64,000 bases of DNA, taken from NCBI GenBank assembly GCA_031403995.1, contig JANNGS010000042.1:4173-68172 (forward strand). Direction: 5' to 3'. This DNA is from Thermoanaerobaculia bacterium (GTDB lineage Bacteria > Acidobacteriota > Thermoanaerobaculia > Multivoradales > JAGPDF01). Numbering within the stretch: position 1 is the stretch's first letter; every line of letters starts with the position of its first letter. Shown here piece by piece: positions 58,248 to 64,000 of this stretch. Under the pieces are notes generated by a model. That model saw only the letters and a list, made by a program, of their open reading frames with translations. It was not told the origin of the DNA and made no database searches. Made by a program: the position numbers and the translations under genes.

Positions 58248-59024
58248 CTACTGCGTCTTCTCGAGGATCACTGGCAGCGCCAGGCGGTAGAAGAACCAGG
58301 CGAGCGGCAGGGCGAGGGCGGTGGCGGCGGTCATCCAGAGGGCCCCACTCCAGTTGGTGGAGCTTCCGAGCGCGGCGAGGTCCCTGGTGAGGCCGAGGAG
58401 CGGGGTGACCGGGTTCCACGCGACGAGGGTGCGGAAAAGGCCGGTTTTGGGGACGGCGTAGAAGACCGGGGTCATGAAGAACCAGAAGGTGGTCACCGCC
58501 TGGAGGCCCTTGCCGACGTCGTGGTAGAGGGCGTGGAGCGGTGCGAGGACGAGGCCCAGCGCGGTGCCGAGGAGAGCCAGGACGACGAGCGGCAGCGGCG
58601 CCAGGACGACCGTCCACGGCACGCCCTGCCGCAGGAAGAGGAAGACCACCGCGACCACCAGGAGCTTCGGGGCGACATTGACCAGCACGCGCGCCAGTGC
58701 GGCGCCGATGAGGCTCTCCGGCGGCAGGTCGAGCTTGGCGAGCAGCGCGCGCTCGGAGGCGAGGGTCTCGATCTGCACCTGGATCGACTCGACGAAGGTC
58801 TGCCAGGCGACCAGGCCGAGCAGGACGAAGGCCGCGTAGGGGATGCCGGTGTCGCCGGCGTCGAGGATCTTCGCGCGGTCGGCGAGCACCGCCCAGAAGA
58901 CCATGCCGAGCGCCGGCAGGAAGGCGAGGAAGCCCCCGAGCAGCGTCTGCCGGTACTCGGCGTGCAGCTGGCGCAGGAGCATCTGGCGCGCCATCCCCGC
59001 CGAGGCGGCGAGGTCGCGCCGCAT
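58248..59024 (-). CDS. ABC-2 type transporter permease (Wzm/TagG-like)
   Basis: 258 aa from internal start MRRDLAASAGMARQMLLRQLHAEYRQTLLGGFLAFLPAL (the Wzm N-terminal pattern), then 6 TM helices. Alternative GTG start at 59087 overlaps the upstream stop. No ATPase gene adjacent. Confidence 0.65.
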   Translation of the reverse strand: MRRDLAASAGMARQMLLRQLHAEYRQTLLGGFLAFLPALGMVFWAVLADRAKILDAGDTGIPYAAFVLLGLVAWQTFVESIQVQIETLASERALLAKLDLPPESLIGAALARVLVNVAPKLLVVAVVFLFLRQGVPWTVVLAPLPLVVLALLGTALGLVLAPLHALYHDVGKGLQAVTTFWFFMTPVFYAVPKTGLFRTLVAWNPVTPLLGLTRDLAALGSSTNWSGALWMTAATALALPLAWFFYRLALPVILEKTQ

Positions 59025-59083
59025 CTGGACGAACAGCCGGCGATGGCGGTCGCGCCCGGCGTCGGGCTGGTAGACGATCTCGT

Positions 59084-60448
59084 TCACGATTCGGACTCCT
59101 GATCCTCGAGCCGGGTCTCGAGCCAGCGCCAGACCGCCCAGTCGCGGTCGCCCCAGTGGTGATAGACGTGCACGAGGTAGGGTCTCACGAAGCCCGGGCG
59201 GCCGGCGAAGCTGAAGCCGCGAACGGCATCGAAGCTCAATCCGGGCTTGTGGTAGTCGGCGAGGAAGTTGAACTCCCTGGGCAGCGTCGCCTGGTCCTGC
59301 AGGCCGTGCTTCCAGGCTGCGGCGACGAGTGTCCCCTGGTCGCGCGTCTTCCAGCGCGGCAGGTCGAAGCTCTGCAACGTGAGCTCGTGCCAGGTGTCGA
59401 GGAACCTCGCCGCTTCCGAGTCGGGCCGGGCGTCGAACAGGAAGACGCCGCCGTTCCAGTGCTGCCAGTCGGGATCCGTGATCGTGACTCCGAAGTCCTC
59501 CGCGATCGCTGCACGCAGATGGTCGCAGGGGCCGTGGAAGACCCGCTCGCCGGCGCCGTCGACCCACTCGTCGCGCGCCTCGTCGAAGCGGAACTCGCTC
59601 TGCTTCGCGACGTAGAACGGCACGTCGGTGAGCAGCAGGCGCCCCGCTTCGTCGTAGCCCCGCCGCTCGTCGAGGCGCCAGTCGAAGCCGAGCTCGCGCC
59701 GGATGAACTCCGGCAGGGTCCCCAGGGCATCGTCGATGACGGAGTTGGCGGCCTGGGTCGGATCGCCGCCACGCCAAAGGCGGCGCGTCAGACGCGCGCC
59801 GAACCTCGGCAGGACGAACGCGAGGAGCGCGGCCCGGCGTTGGAGCGGATGCCCGGCGGAGCGTTCGAGCAGCCGGCGCACCGTCTCGCGGCGCGCGGCG
59901 AGCTCCGGAGCGGGTGAGCGGTAGCGCGCGGAGTAGGCCTCGAGCTTCGTCTGCAGCCGGCGCCGCTTGTCCACGAGCTCCGGCGGGCAGGCGTCGAGCG
60001 GTTCGATCAGCGCGTTGAGCGCCTCCGCCTGGGCGAGACGGCGGTCCGACAGGCAGCCGCAGTCGACCGCCCACGGGCTGAAGTAGCGCATGCGGCAGTG
60101 GTCGGTGGCAAAGGTCACCGGGCCGAAGCGGTACATGAAGACCTGATCGACGCCGGGGCGCGCCGCAACTACGTCGGTGTCGAGGTAGCAGTAGCGCTGC
60201 TCCGGATCGAGGATGCGGTGCAGCGAGGTCTTGAGGAAGATCGCCGCCTGCGCGTCGGAGAGCGCCTCCGGCGCCGGCGAGTCGATCACCCGGTCGTGGG
60301 CGATCGGGAGCGCGTTGCGGCGCGCGTCGGTCACCACGACGATCGGGTTGTCGGCGAACTTCCGCAGGTGGCGGAGCGCGATCTCGAGCGCCTCGAGGTG
60401 CGCCGCCGCGCCGCAGGCGACGAAGACGAACCGTTCCTCGGTGCTCAC
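59084..60448 (-). CDS. hypothetical protein, possible GT-A-like glycosyltransferase (DxD)
   Basis: GTG at 60448 (GTGA overlap with the asnB-like stop). ...IVVVTDARRN...CYLDTDVV... suggests a nucleotide-sugar transferase fold. Weak. Confidence 0.45.
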   Translation of the reverse strand: MSTEERFVFVACGAAAHLEALEIALRHLRKFADNPIVVVTDARRNALPIAHDRVIDSPAPEALSDAQAAIFLKTSLHRILDPEQRYCYLDTDVVAARPGVDQVFMYRFGPVTFATDHCRMRYFSPWAVDCGCLSDRRLAQAEALNALIEPLDACPPELVDKRRRLQTKLEAYSARYRSPAPELAARRETVRRLLERSAGHPLQRRAALLAFVLPRFGARLTRRLWRGGDPTQAANSVIDDALGTLPEFIRRELGFDWRLDERRGYDEAGRLLLTDVPFYVAKQSEFRFDEARDEWVDGAGERVFHGPCDHLRAAIAEDFGVTITDPDWQHWNGGVFLFDARPDSEAARFLDTWHELTLQSFDLPRWKTRDQGTLVAAAWKHGLQDQATLPREFNFLADYHKPGLSFDAVRGFSFAGRPGFVRPYLVHVYHHWGDRDWAVWRWLETRLEDQESES

Positions 60449-62202
60449 GTCAGCCACTCCCGGTACCAGAGCTCGAGCACCGCGACCTTCCACAGACGCC
60501 AGTGATCCGCGGTGGCGAAGAGGGCCTCGACTGCCGGCCCCTGGAGGACGCCGTCGCGCACCAGCCGGGAGTCGCCGAGCAGCGCCCTGTACCAGGCGAC
60601 GTTCTGGTAGTAGCTGTCCGGCCCGACGAAGCCCTGCTTGGTGCGCTGCAGGATCGACTCCGGGAGCCTGCCGGCGAGGTTCGCCCTGAGCAGCGGCTTC
60701 TGCTCCCCGGCCCGGAAGTAGACCTCCGGGTCGAAGCCGAAGAGCAGCTCGACCAGCTCGTGATCGAGGAACGGCACCCGCACCTCGAGGGAGTTGGCCA
60801 TGCTCGCACGGTCCACTTTGGTCAGCACCAGCTCGCCCATGAACGCTTTGAGGTCGAGCCATTGGATGCGCTGCAGCGGCGGCAGCTCGGGCCGCACGAG
60901 GCCGCGGTAGAACCACCACGGGTCGTCCGGCAGGTGGGCGTGGAGATCGGGGTGGAGGAGGCCGGCGAGTCGGTCGCGGTCGAAGCTCCCCATCGCCATG
61001 GCCCCAGCGTAGAAGGCCACCAGGTCGTTCGTCGATGGGTTGCCGGCGGCCGGGGCTCCGAGCGTGGACATGAAGTCGCGCTGCCAGGTGTAGCCACAGA
61101 AGATCTCGTCGGCGCCCTCGCCCGAGAGCACCGCCTTGACCCGGCGCGCGGCGAGATGGGAGACCGCGAAGGTGGGCACAGTCGAGATGTCGGCGAGCGG
61201 CTCGTCATAAACCCGGGCGAGGCGATGCACGAGCGCCAGGCTCTCGGGGCCGAGCACCCGGCTGTGATGCTCGAGGCCGAACTGCGCCGCCACCAGCTCG
61301 GCGTAGCGGTGCTCGCTTCCCGGCCAGTCCGTGAAACCGATCGCGAAGGTCTCGGCGCGGTAGCCGATCCGGTCGAGATAGAGGACCAGCGCCGAGGAGT
61401 CGTAGCCGCCGGAGAGAAACGAGCCGAGGGCGACGTCGCTCTCCAGATGCCGGCGCACGGCGCTCTCGAGCTGGGCGTCGACCGCGGTGACGGCGTCGTC
61501 GAACGGCAGCTGCCGGTCGCCCGGGGGCAGCGTCCAGTACTCGCGGACCGTCAGTGTGCCCTCGCGTCCGAAGCGCAGCGAGCAGGCCGGCGGCAGCTTC
61601 GCCAGTCCTTTGAAGATGCACTTCGGGCTCGGCACGTAGCGGTAGACGAGGTAGTCGCAGACCGCCGTCCAGTCGACCTCGCGGGGGACCGCCGGATGCG
61701 CCAGCAGGGCCTTCGCCTCGGAGGCGAAGAGCAATCGGTCGCCATCCGCGAAGTAGTAGAGCGGCTTGATCCCGAAACGGTCGCGGGCGAGGAAGAGCTC
61801 CTGCTCCTGATCGTCCCAGAGTCCGAACGCGAACATGCCCGACAGCCGCTCGAGGACGCCGCGGCCCCACTCCTCGTAGCCGTGGAGCACGACCTCGGCA
61901 TCGCAGGCCGAGCGGAAGCGGTGACCGCGCGCTTCGAGCTGCCGTCGCAGCTCGCGGTGGTTGTAGATCTCGCCGTTCAGCGTGAGCCAGAGACGTTGGT
62001 CTTCGGACGGCATCGGCTGGTGGCCGGCGGAGGAGAGGTCGAGAAACGACAGCCGGCGATGTCCGAGCCCCACCCGCCCGCTGGGCGAGAGCCAGCTGCC
62101 GGCGTCGTCCGGACCGCGGTGCTCGAGACTGTCGCGCATCGCCGCCAGGCGGTCGCGATCGACGCTCCCCCGCAGCTCGACCTGTCCCACGATGCCGCAC
62201 AC
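60445..62202 (-). CDS. asparagine synthetase (glutamine-hydrolysing) family amidotransferase
   Basis: MCGIVG N-terminal nucleophile and the SGGYDSS PP-loop. Confidence 0.85.
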   Translation of the reverse strand: MCGIVGQVELRGSVDRDRLAAMRDSLEHRGPDDAGSWLSPSGRVGLGHRRLSFLDLSSAGHQPMPSEDQRLWLTLNGEIYNHRELRRQLEARGHRFRSACDAEVVLHGYEEWGRGVLERLSGMFAFGLWDDQEQELFLARDRFGIKPLYYFADGDRLLFASEAKALLAHPAVPREVDWTAVCDYLVYRYVPSPKCIFKGLAKLPPACSLRFGREGTLTVREYWTLPPGDRQLPFDDAVTAVDAQLESAVRRHLESDVALGSFLSGGYDSSALVLYLDRIGYRAETFAIGFTDWPGSEHRYAELVAAQFGLEHHSRVLGPESLALVHRLARVYDEPLADISTVPTFAVSHLAARRVKAVLSGEGADEIFCGYTWQRDFMSTLGAPAAGNPSTNDLVAFYAGAMAMGSFDRDRLAGLLHPDLHAHLPDDPWWFYRGLVRPELPPLQRIQWLDLKAFMGELVLTKVDRASMANSLEVRVPFLDHELVELLFGFDPEVYFRAGEQKPLLRANLAGRLPESILQRTKQGFVGPDSYYQNVAWYRALLGDSRLVRDGVLQGPAVEALFATADHWRLWKVAVLELWYREWLT

Positions 62203-62229
62203 GGAAGCTCGCCTCAGTCCGCGGGCGGC

Positions 62230-63264
62230 TCAGAAATCGGCGGCATGGACGAAGTTCTCGCGCAGCACCGAGAGGTTGCGGGGAATCTTGGCGAGCCCCT
62301 TGGGGAACAGGGCGAAATGCAGCGGCAGGAGGGGCCAGAGCTCACCGTGACGTGCGACCGCGATGGCGAGCACGGTGGGCGGCAGCCACTCTTCGTAGAA
62401 GTCATTCAGGAAGTAGAGGAACTTGAAGCGCAGCTGGCGCCGCGGCAGATAGGGGAGCTTCCACGCCGAGAACATCAGCGCGGTGAAGGCGAGAAAGGCG
62501 ACGAACCCCACCCAGACCGGCGCCGCCGGGGCGAGCAGCACCAGGGCTGCGGCGAGAGCGCCGACCTCGAGCGGCAGGAGGAGGCGGTTGATCAGGGCGA
62601 GTGCGCGCACCGGACCGCGGGCGAGGACGAAGGTGCGCAGGCCGGCGCGGCGGTCGTTCTCCCGGTCCGCGAGCTGATGCAGGAGGATGTTGCGCAGCCC
62701 CTTGCAGGTGAGGACGATCCCGGTCAGGGCGAGGATCGGCACGGCCGTCCGGGAGCCCCGGGCCGCCGCCAGACTCCGCAGGGGCTCGGGGAAGAAGGTG
62801 AAGAGTGCGATCGCCACCGGCAGGAGATGGCCGTAGAGTGTGTCCGCCAGGACGCCGGCGAGGCCGCGCTCCTTGAGCCTCAGGGGTCGCGCCGAGTAGA
62901 TCGTCAGCATACCGATCTGCAGGGCGAGAAGAGTGAGATTGCCCGGATGGCGCGGCAGCAAGAGCCAGGGCGCGAGTCCGAACGCCAGCAGGCCGAGGAG
63001 GATCGCAGCGTGCGCCGCCGGCCCGCGTGCGGCGGCGGCGTTGGCCTTGCCGGCGGCACGATCGGCGGCGATGTCGCAGGCGTCGTTGAGGAAATAGCCG
63101 AAGCCCGCGATGCCGACGACGCTCGCCACGAAGGGCGGCAACAGCCCGACGAGCTCGCCGGGAGGCAGCGCTGCCACGGCGGTGGCGAGGTAGGCGGCGG
63201 CGAGGACCGGCGGCACGATGTGCTGCCACCAGAGAGAGAAGCGGAGGAGCCCCGGGCCAGGCAT
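62230..63264 (-). CDS. UbiA-family prenyltransferase
   Basis: Internal ATG (MPGPGLLRF...). NDxxDxxxD motif FLNDACDIAADR. 8-9 TM helices. Confidence 0.75.
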   Translation of the reverse strand: MPGPGLLRFSLWWQHIVPPVLAAAYLATAVAALPPGELVGLLPPFVASVVGIAGFGYFLNDACDIAADRAAGKANAAAARGPAAHAAILLGLLAFGLAPWLLLPRHPGNLTLLALQIGMLTIYSARPLRLKERGLAGVLADTLYGHLLPVAIALFTFFPEPLRSLAAARGSRTAVPILALTGIVLTCKGLRNILLHQLADRENDRRAGLRTFVLARGPVRALALINRLLLPLEVGALAAALVLLAPAAPVWVGFVAFLAFTALMFSAWKLPYLPRRQLRFKFLYFLNDFYEEWLPPTVLAIAVARHGELWPLLPLHFALFPKGLAKIPRNLSVLRENFVHAADF

Positions 63265-63278
63265 TGGGAGGCGGGAGT

Positions 63279-64000
63279 CTACGCGGTTTCGGCGCGGAGG
63301 GAGACCGCACCGTGCGGCGCGGGCTTGCGCGCCTTGAGCTCGAGCCAGTCGAGAAAGGTGACCGGCGGGCCCTCGTAGATGTCGATCGCGTTCGCCGTCA
63401 CGAAGGCGTTGCCGAGGTCGTGGCCGGTCGCGAGCGGTGGTTCGCGCAGCCACTCAAGAGTGAATCCGGCGCCACGCAGCGCGGCGAGGAAGTCGTTCTG
63501 GTCCTTGACGTTCAGGCAGAAGTAGCGGTTGACGTTGGCGACGACCTTGCGGACACGAGCGCGTTCGGTTCGATCCGCGATGTGGGCGCGCTGGAAGAGG
63601 TCCTTGACGTAGAGCACGCCCCCGGGTTTGAGCACGCGGTAGGCCGAGGCGAGGGCTACCTGCGGATGATCCGAATGCACGAGCGACTCGAGGAAGAGCA
63701 CGGCGTCGAAGGAGGCGAGCGGATAGAGCGCTTCGAGGCGATGGAAATCGCCCCGGCTGACCACCACGCGATCCCCGAGGCCGGCGGTCTCGACGCGGTC
63801 TCTTGCCTCGGCCACCTGCACACCCGAAATGTTGACCGCGGCGACGTTCACTCCGCGATGACGCGCCAGCCAGAGAGCCGGCCCCGCGATTCCGCAGCCG
63901 GCGTCGAGGACCCGCATGCCGGGGACGAGCTCGGCCTGATCGGCGATATGGGTGAAGAGCTCGCCGAGCTCGCCCGTGCGCTGCGACTGGAGGGTGTCGC
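63279..64000 (-). CDS. class I SAM-dependent methyltransferase (N-terminus may run past the window edge)
   Basis: Motif I VLDAGCGIAGPALWLA and the post-I acidic residue. Sequence upstream of M at 63917 continues open to the window edge. Confidence 0.6.
   Translation of the reverse strand, partial: DTLQSQRTGELGELFTHIADQAELVPGMRVLDAGCGIAGPALWLARHRGVNVAAVNISGVQVAEARDRVETAGLGDRVVVSRGDFHRLEALYPLASFDAVLFLESLVHSDHPQVALASAYRVLKPGGVLYVKDLFQRAHIADRTERARVRKVVANVNRYFCLNVKDQNDFLAALRGAGFTLEWLREPPLATGHDLGNAFVTANAIDIYEGPPVTFLDWLELKARKPAPHGAVSLRAETA

Noticed and set aside
59025-59087. Longer ABC-2 permease starting at GTG 59087 (GTGA overlap with upstream gene)
   Set aside because: Kept as an alternative only. 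The Wzm-type N-terminal motif aligns better with the ATG at 59024. My hand-reading of this line disagreed by 1 nt with the ORF track, so the coordinate follows the track.
60502-63378. 958-aa plus-strand ORF
   Set aside because: Antisense to the asnB-like, UbiA-like and MTase genes. Composition (R/G/E/A-rich, no motifs) is typical of a GC3 mirror-frame artefact.

Overview
High-GC (~70%) bacterial chromosomal segment with about 60 protein-coding genes and no rRNA, tRNA or CRISPR array that I could recognise by eye. Gene content suggests a Gram-negative soil-type lineage (Acidobacteria/Myxococcota-like: DUF4388 proteins, TPR and FG-GAP proteins, dnaK-hspR) (inference). Most of the window is housekeeping: dcd, glpX, acyl-CoA dehydrogenases, meaB plus methylmalonyl-CoA epimerase, carA, lolC/E, dnaK-hspR, an envC-ctpA-yibQ cell-wall cluster, a ybbP-ybbA/tesA cluster, pldA, deoC, a ClC channel, a two-component system, and RsbW/RsbV and sigma/anti-sigma pairs. 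Three patches stand out by lower GC and gene content. (1) About 53.4-56.45 kb is a compact restriction-modification island: a 412-aa PD-(D/E)xK endonuclease convergent with a single 585-aa ORF that fuses an N-terminal Vsr mismatch endonuclease domain to a C5-cytosine (Dcm-type) methyltransferase. I rank this the most interesting locus. (2) About 22.15-24.35 kb is a decaying accessory patch: an intact vapBC with an operator palindrome, a frameshifted ParE-family toxin next to its antitoxin, and the signal-peptide remnant of a secreted repeat protein broken at a G7 run. (3) An AT-rich dnaK promoter carries AATCTA/TAGATT palindromes that match neither CIRCE nor HAIR. Other points: an 18-bp perfect inverted repeat flanking a structured 160-bp element after hspR; a His-rich insertion in MeaB; and a surface-polymer cluster (FG-GAP protein, ABC-2 permease without an ATPase, AsnB-like, UbiA-like, SAM methyltransferase). 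Many long ORFs in the six-frame track are antisense or wrong-frame artefacts of GC3 bias and were rejected. Coordinates read by eye from the sequence (palindromes, hairpins) may be off by 1-2 nt. The ORF track prints M for GTG/TTG starts, so several starts below are alternative codons.
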